In this document: positions 27,002 to 36,600 of the stretch, one piece after another | Layout of the letters: every line of letters starts with the position of its first letter | Numbering within the stretch: the first letter of the stretch is position 1 | Assembly (NCBI GenBank): GCA_965216755.1 | Contig: CBDCGL010000011.1 | Coordinates: 1,376,001-1,440,000 of the forward strand | Direction: 5' to 3' | Length of the DNA stretch: 64,000 nt | DNA from: Alphaproteobacteria bacterium | GTDB taxonomy: Bacteria; Pseudomonadota; Alphaproteobacteria; UBA7887 | Program-made: the position numbers and the translations under genes | Notes under the pieces: generated by a model | Databases searched by the model: none | Seen by the model: only the letters and a program-made list of their open reading frames with translations | Told to the model about the DNA's origin: nothing

Positions 27002-28801
27002 ATGCCCCCAGCGCGACGCACTACGTGGATCATTGGGACGATGTTGTTGACGGTGGCGGCGCGTGCCTGGGCCGCGCCGGTGGACGAAACGCGGCTTCTT
27101 GCGGCAGCAGACGATGTCACAAATTGGCTGACCTTTGGCCGCGATTACTCCAACCAGCGCTTTAGCAAGCTTGATCAGATCAACCGCGAGTCGGTCAGCG
27201 GGCTCACCGTCGTTTGGGAACATCACACGGGCCTCAACGGTCCGTTCCAGACACAGCCACTGGTGGCCGACGGCATGATGGTGATCACCACGCCGCACAA
27301 CAACGTGACGACCCTAGACGCCGCCAGTGGCAATGTGTTGTGGCATTACGAACACGTCAAACGCGTTGAGAAAACGCGTGGCGGGCCGAGCAATCGCGGT
27401 CCCGCCATGGGTCACGGCAAGGTTTTCCAAGCAACAAACGATGGTCGCCTGATCGCGCTCGACCGAGACGATGGCACCTTGTTGTGGGACAGTCTTCTCG
27501 CCAGCCCAGCCCCTGGTGAAATCGAATCACTCGCCGCTTTCGGTGCGGAGTTTCAACAAGCCTTCGCGGCCGGCGTCGGATCATTCCCGGGAAAAATGCC
27601 GCCGCTTGTCGCCGACGGCAAAGTAATCGCGGGCGTGATCTCAGCGGGTTATGGAATCTATCAGGACCTTGCCGCAGATCTCGGGCTTGGCGGCCCACCC
27701 GAAGTGGAGACACGTAACGGGCGGCGCGGCTATCTGGCCGCTTTTGATGTCGAAAACGGCGCTGAACTTTGGCGCTGGCACACGACAAAGCCTGACGGCT
27801 GGGAAGGTGATTTCCGGGCGTCAACGGGCGATGGCGATGCCTTAAACCGCAACATCGAGGCTGAAAAAGCGGCCGCCGCCGACCATCGCGACGCGTGGCG
27901 CCGCGGCGGCGGCTCGACTTGGATGACGCCAGCCTACGACCCTGAATTGGGTTTGATCTTTGTCGGCACCGGCAACCCGTCGCCAGCCGATGCAGATCAA
28001 TTCCGACCGGGTGACAATTTGTACACAAGCGCGCTGGTAGCGCTTGACATCAAGACCGGCGCGGTTCGCTGGTACTACCAGATCGTGCCGCACGACATGT
28101 GGGGCTACGACGTCGCCGGCCCGCCAATTCTGTTTTATGTGCCGTCGGGTTATGATTCGCGGCCGGCCGTCGGCGTTGGCGCCAAGAACGGCTGGTTCTA
28201 TGCCTTCCAGCGCGAGACAGGCGGGCTGATCTTCAGATCGGGGGCGCTCGTGCCACAAAGCAATATGTACAGCCGCGGCACGGTTGACGGCGTGACATAT
28301 GCGCCAGGGTCTTTCGGCGGTGCATCATGGTCACCCAGCGCCTACCACGCCGGTACAGGGTTCATCTATGTGCCGGCTATTCACAAGCCGGCAACAATTT
28401 TCGAAAGATCGATCACCGACGAAGCGACCGGCAAATCCCTGAGGTTTAGCCTTACCGAATATGACGACGACATCGAGACGTGGGGAACTTTGAGCGCCAT
28501 CGATACCCGAGCCGCCGGCAAGATCGCGTGGCAGATCGAAACGCCGCAACCGCTGGTTGGCGGAGTCCTCGCCACCGCCGGAGATCTGGTCTTCTATGGC
28601 CAGGGCGACGGACATTTTGTCGCCGTCGATGCCGAATCCGGCAATCGGTTATGGTCCTTTGATTGCCGCGCGGGAGTCAACGCGCCACCGGTCACCTATG
28701 CGGTTGGCGGGCGCCAATATGTCGCTGTTGCGGCCGGCGGCAGCCGGTTCTTTGGATTTCCGCCCGGTGATTCAGTATTTGCTTTCGCCCTGCCCAACTA
28801 A
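27002..28801 (+). CDS. PQQ-binding beta-propeller / quinoprotein alcohol-dehydrogenase family protein (atypical active site)
   Basis: Signal peptide; NWLTFGRDYSNQRFS.LDQIN, NRG, GGGSTW, GTGNP, RPGDNLYT, HDMWGYD, YAVGGRQYVAVAAGG, repeated Trp-docking motifs (DAASGNVLW). Confidence 0.85.
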   Translation: MPPARRTTWIIGTMLLTVAARAWAAPVDETRLLAAADDVTNWLTFGRDYSNQRFSKLDQINRESVSGLTVVWEHHTGLNGPFQTQPLVADGMMVITTPHNNVTTLDAASGNVLWHYEHVKRVEKTRGGPSNRGPAMGHGKVFQATNDGRLIALDRDDGTLLWDSLLASPAPGEIESLAAFGAEFQQAFAAGVGSFPGKMPPLVADGKVIAGVISAGYGIYQDLAADLGLGGPPEVETRNGRRGYLAAFDVENGAELWRWHTTKPDGWEGDFRASTGDGDALNRNIEAEKAAAADHRDAWRRGGGSTWMTPAYDPELGLIFVGTGNPSPADADQFRPGDNLYTSALVALDIKTGAVRWYYQIVPHDMWGYDVAGPPILFYVPSGYDSRPAVGVGAKNGWFYAFQRETGGLIFRSGALVPQSNMYSRGTVDGVTYAPGSFGGASWSPSAYHAGTGFIYVPAIHKPATIFERSITDEATGKSLRFSLTEYDDDIETWGTLSAIDTRAAGKIAWQIETPQPLVGGVLATAGDLVFYGQGDGHFVAVDAESGNRLWSFDCRAGVNAPPVTYAVGGRQYVAVAAGGSRFFGFPPGDSVFAFALPN

Positions 28802-28869
28802 AGCCCTTTGCGGCCTGGTTCACGGTCCGGTGCGACAATCCACGCCCGGAATCACGCGCCGCCACCTTC

Positions 28870-30009
28870 TTAGGTCGACGGTTCAAACCATGTTGTCCCG
28901 GGAACCTGATAGCGTTGCGCGATAGCTTCATCGAGATCAACGCCAATCCCCGGCCGGTCGCTCATCGCGATGTAGCCATCTTGAATGATGTCAGATTTGT
29001 CGGTGATGATCGTCGTCCAGAAATCGCGGTGTAGCCAATGGAACTCAATGATCAGGAAATTCGGAATGCTGGCGCACACATGGCAGGACGCCATCGTGCC
29101 GATTGGCGAAGCGACATTGTGTGGCGCAAACGGCATGTAATAGAGCTCGGCCAGGTTGGCGATTTTGCGGCATTCCGAAAGCCCGCCGCATTTGGGAATG
29201 TCGGGCATGACGATGTCGACAGCCTGATGCTCAATGAGGCGCCGAAAACCGTGTCGGAGATAGAGATTTTCGCCCGCGCAGATCGGTGTTGTGGTCGTGC
29301 GTTTGACCTCACGCATGGCCTCCACATTCTCCGGTGGCACCGGCTCCTCCAACCAAAGCAGTGAAAACGGCTCGCAATCTTTTGCCAGCCGGATGGCGCT
29401 GCCGATGTCGAGTCGCGTGTGCACGTCAACCGCTACCGCTATATCAGGGCCCGCAGCGCGGCATGTCCGTTCGATGAGGGCCAACATGCGATCATGCTCG
29501 AATCGACTGGCGCTATGGTTGAATCGATCCTTGTGAGGAGCATCACCACCATCGACATCGATCTTGAGCGCGCTAAACCCTTTCGACAGCACGCTTTCGA
29601 CGATGCGATCCACATCGTCGATTGGGGTTTGCGGATCGATCTGACAATCGGCGTACACTCGAATGCGATCCCGGAATTTGCCGCCAAGCAACTCGTACAC
29701 CGGCACCTTGAGCGCCTTGCCTTTGAGATCCCATAACGCAAGTTCGATTCCGGTTAGCGCGGTAATCAAGGCGCCGGCAAAGCCACCATTGAAAACTTGT
29801 GATCTGCGCATTTCCTCGAACAGCGCGTCAATAGCGAACGGATCGTGCCCAATCAAGCGTGGGCGCAAGTCATGAATGATCGCAATTGCTTGCTTTTCCC
29901 CATGCACACACTCACCGAGTCCGGTGATGCCGGCATCCGTATCAACCTTGACCCACAAATGCATGCCATGACCCTGGCTCGCCGCCGTTCGCACATCTGT
30001 TATCTTCAT
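28870..30009 (-). CDS. Mandelate racemase/muconate lactonizing enzyme family (acid-sugar dehydratase-like)
   Basis: TDAGITGLGE, IELALWDLKGK, YELLGG, ALKID, AVDVH, WLEEP, CAGEN, PDIPKCGG, APHN. Confidence 0.9.
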   Translation of the reverse strand: MKITDVRTAASQGHGMHLWVKVDTDAGITGLGECVHGEKQAIAIIHDLRPRLIGHDPFAIDALFEEMRRSQVFNGGFAGALITALTGIELALWDLKGKALKVPVYELLGGKFRDRIRVYADCQIDPQTPIDDVDRIVESVLSKGFSALKIDVDGGDAPHKDRFNHSASRFEHDRMLALIERTCRAAGPDIAVAVDVHTRLDIGSAIRLAKDCEPFSLLWLEEPVPPENVEAMREVKRTTTTPICAGENLYLRHGFRRLIEHQAVDIVMPDIPKCGGLSECRKIANLAELYYMPFAPHNVASPIGTMASCHVCASIPNFLIIEFHWLHRDFWTTIITDKSDIIQDGYIAMSDRPGIGVDLDEAIAQRYQVPGTTWFEPST

Positions 30010-30361
30010 GCTACCGTCTTTCGCCGAATGTTACGCTCACGCGCCCACTTCAGGTCTTTCAATCCATGTTACGACGATGCGACGCAACTATACCAGGCCA
30101 ACGCGGCTGGCCGCCGACCTTCGTCTATATTGCGTCGTCCAACCGGTACAACCGGCCAGGTTAATGCCATCGCCATGTGTCAGTCGGGAAACTATTTTTG
30201 TTTGTCATTTACTTATTGGTTAAGCAATATCTACCTACAAAAGTAAATCGGCATCTTTGTACCACCCCACTCCAAATCGTGTTCAAGACGTTTTGTGTTT
30301 CGGGCTTTTCTCGTGTCGCACATGGACCCGGGGGCGTTTGGCAACTTTGAAAGACCCACGA

Positions 30362-31756
30362 TCACGAAGGACCGGGCGTCGTGTGGTCGCGGCCGTGGCG
30401 ACGCGGCATATTGAGGGCGGCACGCCGGAAACCGCCGACATAGTGATCAAGCAGAATTGCATACATGAACAGCCGGTAACTACCAAGCACGTTGCCTTGC
30501 TTCTGCATAATGAAGAAGTGAAATACAAACAAAAGCCCGACGAGAAGACCGACCGTGCGCTCATAACCGGTCATCCATTGATTACGAAGCAAGATGTTAA
30601 AATTCGAGAACGTGTACGCAACAATACTCCAAAACAGAACGCTGCCAACAACGCCATGCTCTACAAGAATTTGCACTGGGATATTTTCAGGATACCATCT
30701 GACGTGACCGCCCGATTCCTCCAATCCGATGCCGAATACCATCGCGCCAAGGTCACGCGACCAGAATTTCAATAACCCCAATATCATTTTTAGTCGAATG
30801 TCGGCGTGTTCAATGAGCCGCTCACTCGAATAGCGGTCAGCCCAAACATCGACAATGCCGATACGATCCACCCAAACCGCAGCACCATGTAGCAGCTCCA
30901 ATGCAGTGGTCCGAACAATGAACGCCAGCACCACCACGCAGAGCAGAAAAAACATTGTGCCGAAAACAGACCACCCGATGCGTGCAATTAAAAACCAAAT
31001 CAAAAGGCACAGAACGAGAGCAAAAAGTTGACCCCGCGACTGAGAGTTTATAAGAACGATCAGTCCAAGGGCGATAGCGCCAATCTGCAGCAGTCGGTGT
31101 TTTATCGTTTTGGCTGGGATCGCGACGGCAATCAATACTGCCGTACCCGCAAATGTTCCGAACTCCAACGGATTTCCAATGAAACTGGGCTGGCCGCCAG
31201 TCAATACTTGAATGCGCCGGTTGCCCCAGTCCGCATCGATCACTAACAGCAACAGCAACGTGGCTGCGAATGGCAGAAAGATGTCGAATGCGCGGGCATA
31301 GTGTTCTGGCCGGCTGAGGAGCGAAGGAATGAATACCGTCGCCATCAGGATGCCGGGGACAATCTGTGTTTCAATGCTGTCGAGTGTCTTGTAGCCATCG
31401 CTCCAGGAAAGACTTCCGAATACATAACCACAAAAGAATAAAGTTACAATAAATACGCGATTATATGGAACATGAAGATTTTCTTCTTTTTGATACTTGG
31501 AAATAACAGCGATTAGGATTAAGCAGAAGAAAAATACATTTGTTATGTAGGAGTGCTCATACAGGTAAATAATTTTCGTCTGGGACCAAGTTTCAAATGA
31601 AAAAAGCACCAAGAGCGCGGCCAAGCCTACCGCCGGAACCCGAATGGCCGCAAACAAAAGACCTGACAGATACAGTGCAGAAACTGCTAGGGCCACAATT
31701 GCACGCCTCACATTGGGCACCGCCGGTTGATGCGCGAGGCATCGATGCGACGGCAA
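30362..31756 (-). CDS. O-antigen ligase/polymerase (WaaL/Wzy_C)-like integral membrane protein
   Basis: About 10-11 hydrophobic segments; GNPLEFG, SQSRGQ, IRL...FGIGL, YPENIPVQILVEHGVVG (Wzy_C-like). Visibly lower GC than flanks. Start uncertain. Confidence 0.65.
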   Translation of the reverse strand: MPSHRCLAHQPAVPNVRRAIVALAVSALYLSGLLFAAIRVPAVGLAALLVLFSFETWSQTKIIYLYEHSYITNVFFFCLILIAVISKYQKEENLHVPYNRVFIVTLFFCGYVFGSLSWSDGYKTLDSIETQIVPGILMATVFIPSLLSRPEHYARAFDIFLPFAATLLLLLVIDADWGNRRIQVLTGGQPSFIGNPLEFGTFAGTAVLIAVAIPAKTIKHRLLQIGAIALGLIVLINSQSRGQLFALVLCLLIWFLIARIGWSVFGTMFFLLCVVVLAFIVRTTALELLHGAAVWVDRIGIVDVWADRYSSERLIEHADIRLKMILGLLKFWSRDLGAMVFGIGLEESGGHVRWYPENIPVQILVEHGVVGSVLFWSIVAYTFSNFNILLRNQWMTGYERTVGLLVGLLFVFHFFIMQKQGNVLGSYRLFMYAILLDHYVGGFRRAALNMPRRHGRDHTTPGPS

Positions 31757-32020
31757 ACGTTACGGACCCAGTAATATCAAAGATCGCACGGAAATACCAC
31801 TAGTGGGTGTAAATTGTCGCACGTATGCTCGGGAAACTGGCGATTGGCGCTCACGAATACAGTTTTTTTCTCGGCACGTTGCTACTCGAGCTAACGCGAC
31901 ACGTACCGCTCCGAGCGACGCGTCCCAGTCCAACTGACTATGCCTCGCGGAAGTCTAAGCGCGGACCGTCGGCACCGTTGGCGCATTGCCGCAAGGCAGA
32001 CGCAATCATTGTCGTCTTCC

Positions 32021-32440
32021 ATGATGATCGAAAATCAGCACGCGACGTTCGGCGCTATTGCTTTTGGCGCTGTTGGATGGGCCATATGTGGCGCCTCGAT
32101 CGCAATTGGATTTGCCGTGACGAGTGAGTTCGGCGCGTTGGTGCTTCATGCGATCGCCGCACCGGTCATCTTCGCGGCCCTGTCATGGCTATACTTCCGG
32201 CGTTTCGCATACGTCGCGCCGCTGCGCCCAGCAGTGCTGTTCGTGGCGGTGGCCATTTCATTGGATGTCGTCATCGTCGCCTTGTTGGTCGAGCGAAGTT
32301 TCGAGATGTTTGAATCCATATTGGGCATGTGGCTGCCGTTTGGATTGATTTTCGCGGCAAGCTGGGCCACGGGGTGGTTGGTGAGGAAACACGCGTCCGC
32401 ACCCGACACCGGGCACCAACCTGATCGATTCAATCACTAA
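32021..32440 (+). CDS. Hypothetical 4-TM membrane protein
   Basis: Four hydrophobic helices (VGWAICGA, HAIAAPVIF, LDVVIVALLVERSFEMF, WLPFGLIF) with protein-like composition. Confidence 0.6.
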   Translation: MMIENQHATFGAIAFGAVGWAICGASIAIGFAVTSEFGALVLHAIAAPVIFAALSWLYFRRFAYVAPLRPAVLFVAVAISLDVVIVALLVERSFEMFESILGMWLPFGLIFAASWATGWLVRKHASAPDTGHQPDRFNH

Positions 32441-32598
32441 TTTATTGGTCCCTGAGTCGTTAGCGATCGCTGAGGGCGTAGGCCGGCCAAAGGGCGTAGA
32501 ACACGTGCCACACAAGGCGTTCGAGCGCCGTGCCACCGTCACGACCTCAACGGGAGTATCATGGCCGTCACTTTTGTGCGCGAAGGGAGTTCCGCAGG

Positions 32599-33480
32599 AT
32601 GTCCAGCAAAGTCGACATGATCGGGTTCATTGGCTTGGGCGTGATGGGCGAAGCCATGTGCCACAACCTCATCACGAAGGGCCACTGGCCGGTGACCGCG
32701 TATGACATAGACCCGCAACCGCTTGTCCGGATCGCATGGGCGGGCGGCGAAGCGGCATCATCAGCAGGCAGTGTTGTTGATCGCGCCGACCTCGTCATCA
32801 TGTGTCTCCCTGGCGGCGAGCAAGTTCGCGCCCTGATGCTCGGCCCAAATGGGATGATCGCCCGTGTCCGCGCCGGTCAATACGTTGTCGACATGTCGAC
32901 CTCACCGCCGAACCTGATGCAAGAAATGGAAACCGCGACCGCTGAGCGCGGCGCTTATTTCGCCGATGCACCGATCGCGCGTACGCGCCAAGCAGCGAAA
33001 AATGGCACATTGGCCATCATGGTCGGCGCAAGCGCGGATGTGTTCGCCGTCATCCGCCCCATCCTAGCGGTGATGGGAAGCGACATTCTCCATTGCGGCG
33101 CGCCCGGCGCCGGTCAGGTCGTCAAAATCATGAACAACATGGTGCTGTTCCAGACCGTCGCCGCGCTCGCCGAGGCTATTTCCCTGGCCGAACGCGCGGG
33201 CGTAGACGCGCAAGTCTTGTTGGACACTATGTCGAAGGGCTCCGGCGACAGTTTCGCACTCCGGAATCATGCTATGAAATGTCTGTTGCCGGAAACCTAT
33301 CCTGACAAGGCGTTTTCGGTGAAATATGCGGCAAAGGATCTGTCCTACGCATTGCAAATGGCGCAGAAGCTCGCCGTACATACGCCCGGCGCGCAACATG
33401 TCGCCGCGCTTTTTGAACAAGCTATCAAAGCCGGCGACGGTGATCTCTACTTCCCAGTCATCCGCAAGCAGTTAGCTTGA
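32599..33480 (+). CDS. Beta-hydroxyacid dehydrogenase (3-hydroxyisobutyrate dehydrogenase family)
   Basis: IGFIGLGVMG, VDMSTS, DAPIAR, LAIMVG, GAGQVVKIMNN, KDL. Confidence 0.9.
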   Translation: MSSKVDMIGFIGLGVMGEAMCHNLITKGHWPVTAYDIDPQPLVRIAWAGGEAASSAGSVVDRADLVIMCLPGGEQVRALMLGPNGMIARVRAGQYVVDMSTSPPNLMQEMETATAERGAYFADAPIARTRQAAKNGTLAIMVGASADVFAVIRPILAVMGSDILHCGAPGAGQVVKIMNNMVLFQTVAALAEAISLAERAGVDAQVLLDTMSKGSGDSFALRNHAMKCLLPETYPDKAFSVKYAAKDLSYALQMAQKLAVHTPGAQHVAALFEQAIKAGDGDLYFPVIRKQLA

Positions 33481-33537
33481 AAACGAGCACACACTACACT
33501 CACACCCTTTGGCACACAGTTGGACACGGCCAATTGG

Positions 33538-34161
33538 TCACCGTGCGCGGGCCAGCCAAACCGTACGACCGCCTGCCGTCGTATCCTCGGCGACATAGGT
33601 CGACACATCAAAGCCGGTGTGGTTTAGAAGCGCCTCATATTCCACCGGATCAAGGCTTGCGTGATACAACGGCGCGCCGTGAAAACAACCGATCGCTTCA
33701 CCGTGGGCCGGTCCGCTTGTAAACATGAGCGGCGCACCTGCCCCAGCGTGGGCGCCAAACACGGCAAACATGCTGCGTTGGTCATCATGGGTCAGGTGAA
33801 AGAAACTGTCCCACGCCAAAATGCCGTCAAAACGCATGTCGAGATGTAGCCCACGCATGTCGGCGACATGCCATTCGTGGTTGGGAAACCGCGTCCGACA
33901 TTGCGAAATCATCGTCGGTGCCACGTCAACCCCCGTGACCCGATGCCCGCACGTTGCCAAGTATTGCGCGATAGGACGTCCCGAACCGCAGCCTAAGTCA
34001 AGAACCCGGGCAGCCGCGGGCAACATGACAACGAAGCGCGCGAACCAATGCTGTTCGGCCCAACCGCCGGCGTTCCGCTCCCGATCCCACGCGTGCGCCC
34101 CGCGTTCATAGAGCCCGCCGACCAAGTCTGCATCGACACGCGATGATTCAGATGCTCCCAC
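33538..34161 (-). CDS. Class I SAM-dependent methyltransferase
   Basis: VLDLGCGSG, VTGVD, ADMR, FDGILAWDSFFHL, LMFTSG, LYHASL. Confidence 0.88.
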   Translation of the reverse strand: MGASESSRVDADLVGGLYERGAHAWDRERNAGGWAEQHWFARFVVMLPAAARVLDLGCGSGRPIAQYLATCGHRVTGVDVAPTMISQCRTRFPNHEWHVADMRGLHLDMRFDGILAWDSFFHLTHDDQRSMFAVFGAHAGAGAPLMFTSGPAHGEAIGCFHGAPLYHASLDPVEYEALLNHTGFDVSTYVAEDTTAGGRTVWLARAR

Positions 34162-34303
34162 GGCTAGACCACCCCGCGCAGCCGCGCAGCTGATTCACGT
34201 CCCGCTCCACAACTGCCGATTGTATGTGACATTCCGATCTCCAGTTCCTATCATATCGAGAAATATCGTTAGTATTTCTGCCTAACATTGTGGATTCGTG
34301 GAA

Positions 34304-36571
34304 ATGGCGTTCGGCCGCTTTTTGGAACAATTGAGTTGTTTCTGGGATGTATTTCAAGACATTGGCCGTGTCTGCAAGTATACGCGGTTGTCCCTATTGG
34401 TCACCCTAACCGCCGGATTTGTGCTCATATTTGTCGATCAAGGGCAGGATCTAATTTTCATTCATGCCGAAACGCCTGGATCGCTGTCGGTGTTTTACCT
34501 CGCGATCGTGTTCTGGGCATTGAATGCGTGGTATTGGGCTCGCTCAACTTTGGCGTACGGCGCCAGAATTGACACCACCGAGTCCTGCCAGGACCCTTAT
34601 TTCGGCGGCCGCCGACGACGCGTGAAGTGGCTGATCCGCATTGTGCCGCGGCTGATAGGTGTCGGCGCCTTTGTCATGATCGCAATCGCCCAGTTTCGGG
34701 CGGCATTGCGTCTCGGCATTGATCTTCACGAAGGGCAGTTATTGTTGGCCTTGGCCGCAGGCAGCCTCGTACTCGCCTACGTATTTTACTATTTTACCGC
34801 GGTGCGACGCAAACTGTCGCAAGCGCTCGGTCGCAAAGTCGCAGCCGCGACAAATCGATCCGATGGCCCCGAGTGGTTGATGATACCGAACGCTCCCGCC
34901 TATCAAAAAGCGCGAACCCTACGCGAAGTGCCGGCGGTTGTTCGCAGCAGCTTCATTGTTCTAACCGCAATTCTGTTTGCCCTCTTCATTGTCGTGTGCG
35001 CGGCGCCAGCGGCTGTATCCGTTTTTGGGCCCGACGCGGTCTTCCTCTTCGGCGCGAGTCTCTGGATCGCGCCCGGAACGTGGCTCCTTTTTGTTGCGCG
35101 GCGTGGTGATTTTCCAGTGCTGACCGTTCTTCTTGTATTGGCGCTCGGCTTTAGTCTCGTGAATGATAATCACAATGTGCGTGAGATAGACGACGATCAG
35201 CAGCCAATTCCGCAGCACCGTATCAATCCCCGAATGGCTCTGAACACGTGGTATGCCGAGAGGACAGACCAAAAAGTCGGTTCATCGTATTTGATCATGG
35301 TCGCGGCAGCGGGCGGCGGCAGCCGAGCTGCGTACTGGACGGCCAGCGTTCTCAGCACAATCCAGGACTTGCATCCCACCTTCGACAGCCACCTTTTCGG
35401 CATCAGCGGTGTATCGGGCGGGTCGCTCGGTGCTGCGGTCTATCGGGGGCTGCTGACCACACTGCGGCGGGGAGAGACACATTGTGCTCAAGCCAGCGCA
35501 AATGCATCGTATCCGTATCGAGATTGCGCGCGCACGGTTCTGCAGCGCGATTTCCTGGCACCCACGCTGGCGGCCATGCTCTTCCCGGACTTGGTTCAGC
35601 GTTTCTTGCCGGTCGCCCTACTGCCCGATCGAGCGGAGGCACTGGAACGATCGTGGGAAGCCGCTTGGCAGCATGCCATGGGCCGGGATGACGTCGACAA
35701 TCTTATTGCCGACAACTTCCTCGAGTTATGGCCAAATGCCACGACCGACGACCGGCAACAGACAAGCCTGCCCGCGCTGTTTCTAAATGGCACCTCTGTC
35801 GCCACCGGCAAGCGCATCGTGACAAGCAATCTGAATGTTTCGCAAATCTTGACAGATGGCTTCGACTTTTTCGATCGGTGGCCGAAGTCCATTCGCACGA
35901 GTACCGCCGCCAACAACAGTGCGCGTTTTCCCGTCATCGGTCCAGGCGGAACGCTTACCACGGACAGCCCGAACGGCCCCAAGGACCGCATCGTCGATGG
36001 CGGCTATTTCGAAAATTTCGGTGCGGCAACGGCGCTTGACATATTACGAGACCTTGCCGCCACACCCCGACCGCAGAGCGCATCGTCGGCTCTGGGTAAC
36101 ACGGTGGGTAGTCACAAATTTATTGTCATTCAAATAAGCAGCGATCCAGACTACCGTGGCGTGCTTCGCAATGATGCAAAATCTTTGGTTGACAATTGTC
36201 CGGCTAAGAAATCAGATCAAGCCACGCCGGGGCGATTTGCCACGGAACTGTTTGCACCAATGCAAACGCTTCTCAACACGCGCACGGCTCGCGGCATTTT
36301 GGCCGCCCAATCGCTTCACGACTGGGTCGAAGGTCGCCCGGAAAACAGTGCCCACTTTATCGAATTTAGACTCGACATACCGCCTTCGCAAAGTGAGCCC
36401 CCGTTGGGTTGGGTTCTCTCACAAGTTGCCATGCAATCGATCGACTGCCAACTGGCGCGCCCGTCAAATTGGCGGAACCTCGAAACGCTTGGTCAGCTTC
36501 TCGGCTTTGATCCGGACCCGTTGCGCGATTATCTGAAGACGACTGCAGGGTGCGGCTGCGCGGCGCAATAA
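34304..36571 (+). CDS. Patatin-like phospholipase domain fused to an N-terminal multi-pass membrane region
   Basis: About 6-7 TM segments, then oxyanion motif AAGGGSRAA, nucleophile elbow SGVSGGSLG, LNGT, SARFP and the catalytic IVDGGYFEN. Confidence 0.8.
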   Translation: MAFGRFLEQLSCFWDVFQDIGRVCKYTRLSLLVTLTAGFVLIFVDQGQDLIFIHAETPGSLSVFYLAIVFWALNAWYWARSTLAYGARIDTTESCQDPYFGGRRRRVKWLIRIVPRLIGVGAFVMIAIAQFRAALRLGIDLHEGQLLLALAAGSLVLAYVFYYFTAVRRKLSQALGRKVAAATNRSDGPEWLMIPNAPAYQKARTLREVPAVVRSSFIVLTAILFALFIVVCAAPAAVSVFGPDAVFLFGASLWIAPGTWLLFVARRGDFPVLTVLLVLALGFSLVNDNHNVREIDDDQQPIPQHRINPRMALNTWYAERTDQKVGSSYLIMVAAAGGGSRAAYWTASVLSTIQDLHPTFDSHLFGISGVSGGSLGAAVYRGLLTTLRRGETHCAQASANASYPYRDCARTVLQRDFLAPTLAAMLFPDLVQRFLPVALLPDRAEALERSWEAAWQHAMGRDDVDNLIADNFLELWPNATTDDRQQTSLPALFLNGTSVATGKRIVTSNLNVSQILTDGFDFFDRWPKSIRTSTAANNSARFPVIGPGGTLTTDSPNGPKDRIVDGGYFENFGAATALDILRDLAATPRPQSASSALGNTVGSHKFIVIQISSDPDYRGVLRNDAKSLVDNCPAKKSDQATPGRFATELFAPMQTLLNTRTARGILAAQSLHDWVEGRPENSAHFIEFRLDIPPSQSEPPLGWVLSQVAMQSIDCQLARPSNWRNLETLGQLLGFDPDPLRDYLKTTAGCGCAAQ

Positions 36572-36600
36572 TGCGACCACCGCGCGCGTCCCGCGATCAA

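Noticed and set aside
27002-28801. Methanol dehydrogenase XoxF/MxaF call
   Set aside because: Lacks the vicinal CC, the catalytic Asp and the metal-ligand Glu, so no gene symbol was assigned.
30080-30140. Imperfect inverted repeat CGACGCAACTATA...TATATTGCGTCG upstream of the enolase-family gene
   Set aside because: Could be chance or an operator; no further support and no regulator nearby.
34304-36571. CBASS or other multi-gene anti-phage system
   Set aside because: No CD-NTase, STAND ATPase or other defence gene adjacent; kept only as a speculative single-gene candidate.
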